In this document: positions 56,224-64,000 of the stretch, piece by piece
Layout of the letters: every line of letters begins with the position of its first letter
Numbering within the stretch: the first letter of the stretch is position 1
NCBI GenBank assembly: GCA_963752285.1
Contig: CAVVXN010000003.1
Coordinates: forward strand, 384,001-448,000
Source: an uncultured Planctomycetota bacterium
Lineage (GTDB): Bacteria; Planctomycetota; PLA2; JAEUHO01
Length of the DNA stretch: 64,000 nt
Reading direction: 5' to 3'
Made by a program: the position numbers and the translations under genes
The notes under the pieces: generated by a model
Told to the model about the DNA's origin: nothing
What the model saw: only the letters and a program-made list of their open reading frames with translations
Databases searched by the model: none

Positions 56224-56940
56224 AAGGGTCGGAAGCCGAAGCGGAGGCCTCTCGGGGAGCCGGTGGCGCCCACGACCATTCTCCTCGTAGACGATCACAC
56301 GATGGTCCGCAAGGGCTTGCGCGCTCTGCTCGAGGCGGAGAGGGACGTGTCGGTCATCGGGGAGGCGCAGGACGGCCACCAGGCCATCGAGCTCGCGGTC
56401 GAGCTGGACCCCGACGTCGTGGTGATGGACATCGCGATGCCCAACTTGAACGGCATCGATGCCACGATTGCGCTGCGCGCCCGGGCTCCCCGGAGTCGCG
56501 TGGTGGTCCTCTCGGCCCACGGCGAGACGCCGTACGTCGAGCGCGTCCTGTCGATCGGTGCGGTTGGCTTCGTGCTCAAGCACGGGGCGCTGACGGACCT
56601 GCTCGAGGCGATTCGCGAGGCGCAGAAGGGGAGGTCGTTCGTCAGCGCGGGCGTGCGGCGGCGGGTCCGCGCCAGCGCGCGGGAGGTGTCGAGGCGCACG
56701 GGGGCGGGCGGCGATCCTGCCGAGCCGCTGAGCCCGCGCGAGGCCCAGGTCCTGCAGCGGGTCGCCGAGGGGAGCGGCAACAAGCAGATCGCCCGGGACC
56801 TGGAGATCAGCGTCAAGACGGTGGAGAAGCACCGCCAGAGCCTCATGAGGAAGCTCGACCTCCACGGTGTCGCCGACATCGTGAGGTATGCCCTGGCGGC
56901 GGGCGTCATCGAGAGCGGACCGACGCTCGGGCCCGAGTGA
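56215..56940 (+). CDS. NarL/LuxR family response regulator
   Basis: ILLVDDH, VVMDIAMPNLNG, LSPREAQVL..AEG..NKQIA..ISVKTVEKHR; start 56215 (ATG) or 56263 (GTG). Confidence 0.93.
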   Translation: MRGKGRKPKRRPLGEPVAPTTILLVDDHTMVRKGLRALLEAERDVSVIGEAQDGHQAIELAVELDPDVVVMDIAMPNLNGIDATIALRARAPRSRVVVLSAHGETPYVERVLSIGAVGFVLKHGALTDLLEAIREAQKGRSFVSAGVRRRVRASAREVSRRTGAGGDPAEPLSPREAQVLQRVAEGSGNKQIARDLEISVKTVEKHRQSLMRKLDLHGVADIVRYALAAGVIESGPTLGPE

Positions 56941-57404
56941 GGATGCGCTCCGCCGATCGAGCGGACCAGCCTCGGGACGACGACGGATCGGACAGGTAGG
57001 GGAACACCCCATAGCGCGTCACGGGGGCGCCTGCCACCATGTCGCAGTGGGGATCCCTCCTCCGGTTGCCCGCTGCGAGCGAGAGCCTCCTGGGCCCTGC
57101 CGATCCCTCGAACCGTCCGCCGCCGGCGAGCCCCGTGGGGAAATGCTGAATGGTCACGATGCCGCGATGTCATGCCGTGCGATGTCGAGGTGCTGGAGGC
57201 CCGGCCTTTCGGGCCGGGCCTCCGGCGCACTTCGGGCGGTGCGAGATCTCGGATCCGTGAAGAGCCGGGCCCACGTTCGCCCGAGTGGCATGGTCGTCGG
57301 CGTCGTGGTCCTCGATGCCCGCCACGTTGGTCGTGAGCCCCCTCCTCGGCGTCGTTCGCGGCGGCGACCTTTGGAACCGTCGGTCATTTCGCCGGAGCCA
57401 CCTG

Positions 57405-60400
57405 GTGTCGTCCCTCCCCTCCGAGTCCACGAACGACGCCGCGACGGCGGAACGGCCGGTCGAGACGTCCGTCCAGGGGCGGGCGCCCGATCCCGTGCCG
57501 GTCGTGGCCATCGGCACCTCGGCGGGCGGCCTCGCGGCGTGCACGTCCTTCCTGGAGCACGTTCCCACCGACACCGGTCTCGCGTTCGTCATCGTCCAGC
57601 ACCTGGACCCGAGTCACGAGAGCCATCTCGTGGAGCTCCTGGCGAAGGCGACGTCGATGCCCGTCGTGCAGATCACGAACGGGACGGACCTGATCCCGAA
57701 TCGGGTCCACGTGATTCCGCCGGCCGCGGTCCTCACGATCGCGGCCGGGCGGCTGCAGCTGCTGCCCCGAGAATCGCCGCGCCTGCCCATGCCCATCGAC
57801 ACCTTTCTGCGCGCCCTGGCGGAGGACCGCCGGGAGGACGCGATCGCGGTCATCCTCTCCGGGGCCGGCTCGGACGGGTCGTTGGGCGTGGAGGCGGTGT
57901 GGGATCGAGGCGGGTTCGTCCTGGCCCAGGAGCCTCTCGACGCGGCCTTCGACAGCATGCCGCGCCGCGCGATCGCCACGGGCTGTGTGGACAGCGTCCT
58001 CCCGGCGGCGGAGCTCGGGCCGATGATCGCGCGCATCTCCCGTGGCTCGACGCTCCTTCGCGCCCCGCGGCCGCCCCATTCGGACGAACGCCCCGAGGAC
58101 CGGGCTCTCAAGGGTGAGCTGATCCAGCGACTGCGGAGGGCCACGGGAATCGACTTCGGCCAGTATCGAAGCTCCACGGTCGATCGTCGGCTGCGGCGCC
58201 GGGTCTCCCTGCGCGGCTTCCCTGGGCTTCGGGAGTACTCCGACCACGTACGAGACGACCCCGGCGAGCTGCAGAGTCTGGCGCGCGACCTCCTGATCCC
58301 CGTGACGCGCTTCTTCCGCGATCCCGAGGCGTTCGACTCGTTGGCACAGACGGCCTTCCCCGACCTGATTCGGCGCGCGGCGGCCGACCCCGTCGTACGC
58401 ATCTGGGTTCCGGGCTGCTCCACGGGCGAAGAGGCCTACTCGATCGCCATGACCTTCATGGAGACCGCGCAGCGGATGCAGAGCGCCGTCACCTGCCAGG
58501 TGTTCGCGACCGACGTCAACGACACACTGCTCAAGCAGGCTCGGCGCGCCACCTATCCCCAGCACATCGAGGCGGACGTGTCGCGAGAGCGACTCGCGAG
58601 ATTCTTCACACGAACCAACGACCACTTCCACGTCCAACGCGACATCCGGGACCTCTGCGCCTTCTCCCGCCACGATCTCCTGAGCGATCCGCCCTTGTCA
58701 CGCATGGACCTGGTCAGCTGTCGGAATCTGCTCATCTACGTGGCGTCGGGACAGCGTCGCGCGCTCGGCGCGCTTCACTTCGCCCTGGAACCGGGAGGCT
58801 ACCTCCTCTTGGGGCGGTCGGAGTCCGTGGGGGCCGCCCCGGAGCTGTTCGAGGCCGTAGGCACCGACACGGGCCTGTTCCGCGCCCGCGCGTCCGTGAT
58901 CGGCCGGAGGTCCGCTCGCGTCGGCGGAGCCCGAGACGCGCGCCGGCGCGCGCCGACGGTCCGGCTACACGACGTGCCCGACCTCGCGAGCGCCTACGAA
59001 GAGATCATCGCGGCGAACGAGGAGCTGCAGGGCCTCAACGAGGAGCTGGAGAGCTCGAAGGAGGAGATCGAGGCGGCCAACGAAGAGCTGATGACGTTGA
59101 ATCAGGAGCTCAGGAGCCGAAACGCCGCGCTGGACGTGGCCCGCGGCTTCTCCGAGGCGACCATCGACATGGTGCGCAGCGGGCTGGTCGTCCTCGACCG
59201 CGACCAGGTGGTCGTGAACGCGAACCGGTCCTTCTATCGGATGTTCCATCTGGATGCTCCCCATGCGGAGCGGCGCCGTCTCTCGGAGGTCGTCCCGGCG
59301 TACTTCCAATCCCCCGCCGTGGTTCGGCTCCTGCAGCAGCTTCGCACGACCGACCTGGTGCTGGAGGACGTCGAGGTGGAGTTCGACCTGCCGGGTCACG
59401 GCCGTCGCGTGATGGTCATGAATGCGCTCCGGTTCACGCCGGGCGAGATGTACCTCCTCTCGATCGACGACGTGACCGTGACGCAACAGCTGGCGGCCGA
59501 CCGGCAACAGTCTCAGAAGATGGAGGCCATCGGTCACCTGGCCGCTGGCGTGGCGCACGACTTCAACAATCTCCTGACCGTCGTCCTCGGGGGGGCACAG
59601 GTGGCGCTCCTGGACCTCCCGAAGGAATCGCCGATCCGGCCCATTCTCGAGCGCGTCGGCGTCGCGGCTCGACGCGCGGCCGATCTCACGCACCAGCTTC
59701 TGGCCTACGCCGGGAAGTCCCGCGCGTACGTCGAGTCCGTGGACCTGTCCGACCTCGTCACCCAGAGCGCCAACCTCCTGCACGCGTCCATCCCGAGCCA
59801 CGTGAAGCTGCGGCTCGACCTCGAGCGCAATCTCCCTCGCCTCTTGGCGGACCGTAGCCAGATGCACCAGGTCGTGGTCAACCTGGTGACGAACGCGATC
59901 GAGGCGGTCGGAGACGCGGCGGGAGGCGTGCTGGTCCGGACAGGCCGGCAGATGGTGACCCCCGGCGAGGCCCCGGGACCCGGCCCGTGCGACCGGCTGC
60001 CGCCGGGGGAGTACGTGTTCCTGGAGGTGCAGGACACGGGCGCGGGCATGACGCCGCAGACGCAGCGGCAGATGTTCGATCCCTTCTTCACCACGAAGTT
60101 CACGGGGCGCGGCCTCGGCTTGGCGGCGGTTCAGGGCATCGTCCGTCAACACCGGGGCACCGTCCTCGTGACCAGCGTCGTGGGTCGGGGGACGGCCGTA
60201 CGGGTCCTCCTGGCCATCAGCCAGGACCCGGAGACGACTGCGACCACCGGCGGGGGCCCGCCTCTCCCCCGGGGGACGGCCACCATCCTGGTGGTCGATG
60301 ACGAACCGCTCGTCCTCGGTAGCACGCAGCTCGCCTTGGAGAGCCTCGGGTATCGGGTGGTCACCGCAACGGGGGGCGCCGAGGCGCTCCGGTCGCTCCG

Positions 60401-60716
60401 CTCGGGATCGGGGATCGCCGCGGTGGTCCTGGATGCGGTCATGCCGGGGATGGGCGGAATCGCGACCCTGAACGGCATCCGCGACATCGATCCCCACGTC
60501 CCGGTCCTGGTGTGCAGCGGCCTGGGCGACGTCGCCACGGAACAGGCCTTCGCCGACCAAGGCGTCGCGGGGTTCCTGCACAAGCCCTTCACCCTCCACG
60601 ACCTGGCCGCGCGGATCGCCGCGTGCTGCCCAGGGTCGCTTTCGCCCTCGGCCGGCAGTTCCGCGCCCGACCCCGGGCGACGGAGCGCATCCGAACGCGG
60701 CTCCGCAGCGCCCTGA
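57405..60716 (+). CDS. CheB-CheR-coiled coil-PAS-histidine kinase-receiver hybrid protein
   Basis: CheB GTSAGG/VQHL/GSDG; CheR VTRFFRD, GCSTGEEAYS, SCRNLLIY; NEELQ coiled coil; GVAHDFNNLL, FDPFFTTK..GLGL; receiver ILVVDDE..LDAVMP..KPF. Confidence 0.92.
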   Translation: MSSLPSESTNDAATAERPVETSVQGRAPDPVPVVAIGTSAGGLAACTSFLEHVPTDTGLAFVIVQHLDPSHESHLVELLAKATSMPVVQITNGTDLIPNRVHVIPPAAVLTIAAGRLQLLPRESPRLPMPIDTFLRALAEDRREDAIAVILSGAGSDGSLGVEAVWDRGGFVLAQEPLDAAFDSMPRRAIATGCVDSVLPAAELGPMIARISRGSTLLRAPRPPHSDERPEDRALKGELIQRLRRATGIDFGQYRSSTVDRRLRRRVSLRGFPGLREYSDHVRDDPGELQSLARDLLIPVTRFFRDPEAFDSLAQTAFPDLIRRAAADPVVRIWVPGCSTGEEAYSIAMTFMETAQRMQSAVTCQVFATDVNDTLLKQARRATYPQHIEADVSRERLARFFTRTNDHFHVQRDIRDLCAFSRHDLLSDPPLSRMDLVSCRNLLIYVASGQRRALGALHFALEPGGYLLLGRSESVGAAPELFEAVGTDTGLFRARASVIGRRSARVGGARDARRRAPTVRLHDVPDLASAYEEIIAANEELQGLNEELESSKEEIEAANEELMTLNQELRSRNAALDVARGFSEATIDMVRSGLVVLDRDQVVVNANRSFYRMFHLDAPHAERRRLSEVVPAYFQSPAVVRLLQQLRTTDLVLEDVEVEFDLPGHGRRVMVMNALRFTPGEMYLLSIDDVTVTQQLAADRQQSQKMEAIGHLAAGVAHDFNNLLTVVLGGAQVALLDLPKESPIRPILERVGVAARRAADLTHQLLAYAGKSRAYVESVDLSDLVTQSANLLHASIPSHVKLRLDLERNLPRLLADRSQMHQVVVNLVTNAIEAVGDAAGGVLVRTGRQMVTPGEAPGPGPCDRLPPGEYVFLEVQDTGAGMTPQTQRQMFDPFFTTKFTGRGLGLAAVQGIVRQHRGTVLVTSVVGRGTAVRVLLAISQDPETTATTGGGPPLPRGTATILVVDDEPLVLGSTQLALESLGYRVVTATGGAEALRSLRSGSGIAAVVLDAVMPGMGGIATLNGIRDIDPHVPVLVCSGLGDVATEQAFADQGVAGFLHKPFTLHDLAARIAACCPGSLSPSAGSSAPDPGRRSASERGSAAP

Positions 60717-60984
60717 GCGGTGAGGGGGCCCAGGCCGCCGGTCGTCCGAAGCGGGGCGTCGGCCCCCCAGCCCGCCGGTCCGACCGCTCCGACACGTCGT
60801 CCATCCCCTCGACGCGGGCGCCCGCCGCGACCCCGCCCCTCGTGGGACCCGCCCCCCGAGCGCACCGCCCGGGCGTCGTCGCCGCCGTCTCCCGCACGCT
60901 GGCGTCGCGCTCGCATCGCGAGCGAGGGTCGGGCGCGCGGGTCCGGAAAAGGGGGGAAGCGGTCGTTGGCTCGCGTGCGCGGGT

Positions 60985-61035
60985 CGCCACCACCACCAGC
61001 ATCTCGATCAGCGGGAAGCCGGCCTGGCGCAGCCG
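60985..61035 (-). pseudogene. Relic of a prepilin-type N-terminal cleavage/methylation gene
   Basis: RRLRQAG-FPLIEMLVVVA on the minus strand; no in-frame start near the RBS and no credible continuation. Confidence 0.45.
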
Positions 61036-61389
61036 TCGGTCTTCTCCACCCGTGCTCCACCCGTGCTCCTCCCGAGCACCTGCGGTCCCGGCCGGAGCGG
61101 ACCGCCCGCCTCGGCCTCGAGCCCTGTGGGTAGGGAGCCGGGGCGCGCGCACGCGCACGGTTCGTAGCTTTCTCCGCGTCGCGCACGAGCGACGTGGAGC
61201 GGCAAAGGACTCGTGTCGGGGCCGCCGCACGGACGAGCTCATCCGTATCGCGCCCGCTACACCTAACCTCTCCGCGTACGTCGATCGAGGTAGGTCGATC
61301 TCCACGACCGTGGGTGGACGCGTCGGTGAGCGAGGGGTCCAATGTGCCTGGAACGTGGTTGCACCACCCGAATTCGAGAGGAAGGTCCG

Positions 61390-61848
61390 ATGACCATCGT
61401 TGCCGCCGATGCTCGCGTCGAGATCGCGAAGGCCGCCAGCCGTCTGCTCGCGGACAGCTACACGCTCTACCTCAAGACCCACAACTTCCACTGGAACGTA
61501 CGGGGGCCGATGTTCTCGAGCCTCCACACGCTCTTCGAGACCGAGTACACCGAGCTCGCTCTCGCGGTGGACGAGATCGCCGAGCGGATCCGCGCCCTGG
61601 GCCAGGACGCGCCGGGGAGCTGGACCCAGTTCAAGAAGCTCGCCACGGTCGAGGAGGCGACGGACGTCCCCTCCGCCGACGGGATGGTCCGTCGTCTCGC
61701 CGACGACCAGGACAAGATCGTCGCCTCGGCGAAGCGGCTCTTCGACGCCGCGGACGAGGCGGGCGACCAGGCGAGCGCGGACCTCGCGGTGCGTCGCATC
61801 CAGGTCCACGAGAAGAACGCCTGGATGCTCCGAAGCCAGCTCGCCTGA
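61390..61848 (+). CDS. dps: Dps family DNA-protection/ferritin-like protein
   Basis: LYLKTHNFHWNVRGPMFSSLHTLFE, DEIAERIRALG, HEKNAWML. Confidence 0.96.
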   Translation: MTIVAADARVEIAKAASRLLADSYTLYLKTHNFHWNVRGPMFSSLHTLFETEYTELALAVDEIAERIRALGQDAPGSWTQFKKLATVEEATDVPSADGMVRRLADDQDKIVASAKRLFDAADEAGDQASADLAVRRIQVHEKNAWMLRSQLA

Positions 61849-61853
61849 CTGTA

Positions 61854-61902
61854 CGGAGCCAGGCTCCTGTCGCTCGTCCGTCACGCGCGGAGCCTGGCTC
61901 CG
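61854..61902. terminator. 14-bp inverted repeat between convergent genes
   Basis: CGGAGCCAGGCTCC ... GGAGCCTGGCTCCG starting 6 bp after the dps stop. Confidence 0.5.
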
Positions 61903-61956
61903 ACGGCTCGTCACGGTGTCCCTCGCGCCGCGCGGCGCGAGGGACGAGGATGCCGG

Positions 61957-62289
61957 TCAGGCGCGCTCGTTCGCGCCGTGGGCGTGCCCGTGCCGGCAGC
62001 CGTGGCCGTGGCGGCCCCTGCCGCAACCGCAGCCTGCTCCGCCGTGGCCCTCTTCGCCGTGGCCGCGGCGGCGACGCCTCGCGGAGGGAGAGCGATGCGC
62101 GTGCGTCTCGCCTTCGGGCGCGGCCGTCGTCGTCTCCGAGGCGGACGCTCGGCCGGCCTCGGCGATCGCGGGCTCGTTCGCGGCGCGGGGACTGCATCCG
62201 CACGCGTGCCGGCGCCGGCGACGGTGCCGGCGACGGTGCCGGGGGGGGAGACCCTCGACGGGGGTCGGGGGGGATTCGGGTTCCGACAT
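61957..62289 (-). CDS. Small His/Cys/Arg-rich disordered protein (candidate metal-binding)
   Basis: GAGGAG RBS before ATG 62289; HACGC, GHGEEGHGGAGCGCG, HGHGCRHGHAHG. Confidence 0.6.
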   Translation of the reverse strand: MSEPESPPTPVEGLPPRHRRRHRRRRRHACGCSPRAANEPAIAEAGRASASETTTAAPEGETHAHRSPSARRRRRGHGEEGHGGAGCGCGRGRHGHGCRHGHAHGANERA

Positions 62290-62329
62290 GGCTTCTCCTC
62301 GATGGATGGGGGGAGAGGTGCGTGTCGCG

Positions 62330-62713
62330 TCAGGTGGCGTGACGGGGGCCGCGCCCCCGGCATCGGCAGCGCCGGCCGACCCGCTCGGGGCCGTGCACGG
62401 GGCAGGGGCCCCGACGGGCGCGGTGTTCGACGACCACGCCGCCGCCGATCTCGAGCGCCGCACCCTGGACGAGCGCGCGCGCGACGGTGCGGCGCGCGGC
62501 CTCGAGGACGCGGGCGAAGGTCGCGCGCGACACGCCCATGCGCCGCGCGGCCTCCTCCTGATAGAGACCCTCGTGATCGGCGAGGCGGAGCGCCTCGAGG
62601 CCGTCCCACGAGAGGACGAGTCGCTCGAGCCGCGACATCGGGACGCCCTGGGGCTTCACGACGTGCGCCTCGGGCGCGTCGGCCACGCGTCGGGGCTGGA
62701 CGGGACGCGACAT
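62330..62713 (-). CDS. DUF134 family predicted DNA-binding protein
   Basis: MSRP..RRV..KPQGVP..LE..EALRLADHEGLYQEEAARRMGVSRATFARVL..AR..VARAL..GAALEIGGG; Cys-containing tail. Confidence 0.9.
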   Translation of the reverse strand: MSRPVQPRRVADAPEAHVVKPQGVPMSRLERLVLSWDGLEALRLADHEGLYQEEAARRMGVSRATFARVLEAARRTVARALVQGAALEIGGGVVVEHRARRGPCPVHGPERVGRRCRCRGRGPRHAT

Positions 62714-62729
62714 CCGGCACCTCTGGTTG

Positions 62730-62743
62730 TGAGCATATGCTCA
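62730..62743. promoter_or_regulatory. Perfect palindrome TGAGCATATGCTCA, candidate DUF134 operator
   Basis: AT-rich perfect 14-bp palindrome (20 bp with one mismatched pair) 16 bp upstream of the DUF134 start codon. Confidence 0.65.
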
Positions 62744-62781
62744 GAACAGGCCGTGTCCACCCCCGGTCGTGCCGATCCGGG

Positions 62782-63564
62782 TCAGGCGTCCGGCTGGGCG
62801 CCGTCGGGCCGCGCGAGGCGGATCGAGAGCGGCACCTCGAGGCCGTGGGCCCGGAGCAGCTCGGCGTCCGCGAGGACCGTCCGCGGCGCGCCCTCCGCGA
62901 CCACGCGGCCCTCGTCGAGGAGCACGACGCGCGAGCAGAGCTCGAGCACGCTCTCGAGGTCGTGGGTCGCGAGGAGGCACGCGTCGCTCCGGCTGCAAAG
63001 CAGCCCGAGCACGCGCCTGCGCGCCCGCGGGTCGAGCCCGTTCGTCGGCTCGTCGAGCGCGAGGAGGCGGGGGCGCATCGACAGGACCGTCGCCAGGGAG
63101 GCCGCTCGGCGCTCGCCGCCCGAGAGCCGGTAGGGCACGCGCTCCTCGAAGCCCTCGAGACCGACGGCCGCGAGGGCCGCGCGCACGCGCTCCCTGACCT
63201 CGTCCTCGTCGAGCCCCATCTGGCGCGGGCCGAAAGCCACGTCCTCGCCGACGGTCGGCATGAAGAGCTGGTCGTCGGGGTCCTGGAACACGAGACCGAC
63301 CTTCGCGCGGACCTCGCGCGTCGTCTTCCTCGACAGGGTCACGCCGTCGACGACCACCGTGCCCGTGGCGCCCAGGAGCCCGACGAGCGAGAGGAGCAGG
63401 GTGGACTTGCCGGCACCGTTCGGGCCGACGAGCCCCACCCGCTCGCCGTCCGCGATCTCGAGCGTGATCCCGGCGAGCGCGATCTGGCCTTCCTCGTACG
63501 CGTAGGAGAGGTCCCGGACCTCCAGCACGGGCGAGCGGGACCGGGTCGCGTCGGGCGCGGTCAC
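62782..63564 (-). CDS. cbiO: ECF transporter ATPase (CbiO/NikO)
   Basis: GPNGAGKST, GLVFQDPDDQLFMPTVGEDVAFGP, LSGGE, LDEPTNGLDP. Confidence 0.92.
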   Translation of the reverse strand: MTAPDATRSRSPVLEVRDLSYAYEEGQIALAGITLEIADGERVGLVGPNGAGKSTLLLSLVGLLGATGTVVVDGVTLSRKTTREVRAKVGLVFQDPDDQLFMPTVGEDVAFGPRQMGLDEDEVRERVRAALAAVGLEGFEERVPYRLSGGERRAASLATVLSMRPRLLALDEPTNGLDPRARRRVLGLLCSRSDACLLATHDLESVLELCSRVVLLDEGRVVAEGAPRTVLADAELLRAHGLEVPLSIRLARPDGAQPDA

Positions 63565-64000
63565 GGCGCGAGCCAGACGCCGCGAAGTCGGAGGCCCAAC
63601 GCGAGGAACACGGTCAGGGCGAGGAAGAGCAGGTCCGTCGGGCGGAGCCGTCCGCTCGGCGTGGGCACGAAGGTTCCGTCGAAGCCGCGCGCCGACATGG
63701 CCTGGCTCACGCGCTCGGAGCGGTCGAGCGAGCGGAGGAAGAGCGTGGCGAGCGAGGAGGAGAGGGCGACCACGCCGTGCGAGACCGAGACGGGGCCCAC
63801 GCGGCGGGCGGCCGCGGCGCGGCTCCGGCGCTCGTACTCGTCCACGACCAGGAAGAGGTAGCGGTACGTGAACACCACCTGCATTGCGAGGAGACGCGGG
63901 ACGCCGAGCGAGGACATCGCGCCCGCGAGGCGGCCGACGCGGGTCGTCGTGACGAGGGGGAGGAGCGCGAGCATCGAGATCAGGTACTTGAGGACGATGG
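63561..64000 (-). CDS. cbiQ: ECF transporter T component (CbiQ/NikQ), 5'-truncated by the window edge
   Basis: LGVPRLL..FTYRYLFL..A..R..LFLRSLDRSERVSQAMSARGFDG. Confidence 0.88.
   Translation of the reverse strand, partial: IVLKYLISMLALLPLVTTTRVGRLAGAMSSLGVPRLLAMQVVFTYRYLFLVVDEYERRSRAAAARRVGPVSVSHGVVALSSSLATLFLRSLDRSERVSQAMSARGFDGTFVPTPSGRLRPTDLLFLALTVFLALGLRLRGVWLAP

Noticed and set aside
1..64000. tRNA, rRNA, CRISPR, integrase/transposase, prophage or defence genes
   Set aside because: None recognised by eye; tRNAscan-SE, Infernal and DefenseFinder would be needed to exclude them formally.

Overview
Very GC-rich bacterial DNA (about 70-75% by eye). The prenyltransferase-repeat, vWA, zinc-ribbon bactofilin, DUF1080-like and prepilin-type motifs suggest Planctomycetota/PVC, but this is inference only. 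About 50 real genes underlie many GC-driven shadow ORFs. In order: a sigma-54 two-component system (AlgB/KinB-like) heading a Trk K+ uptake operon, with a visible -24/-12 promoter and two palindromic upstream activator sites; a SMUG1 glycosylase; NUDIX, CAP, vWA and prenyltransferase-repeat proteins; a DASS transporter; methyltransferases; a PolX N-terminal HhH protein without polymerase domain; a MacB-type exporter; an EEP phosphodiesterase that appears to start at ATT; tricorn and M16 proteases; an AmmeMemo fusion; a deiminase-family protein with an ABC transporter; a DmeF-like CDF; CnoX/YbbN; a giant membrane protein; a TonB system; an amino-acid ABC transporter; MscS; bacterioferritin; a compositionally atypical signalling islet (RsbU_N-like kinase, LuxR regulator, CheB-CheR hybrid kinase); Dps; and a CbiQ/CbiO ECF operon followed by a DUF134 gene with a perfect 14-bp palindrome. 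Non-coding highlights are a three-copy MITE-like element whose end supplies the stop codon of two host genes, and a structured intergenic region with a perfect extended Shine-Dalgarno, an 11-codon ORF and three CTGACGGG motifs. Three genes carry single-base frameshifts at or near G/C runs, probably assembly errors. I saw no rRNA, tRNA, CRISPR array or transposase.
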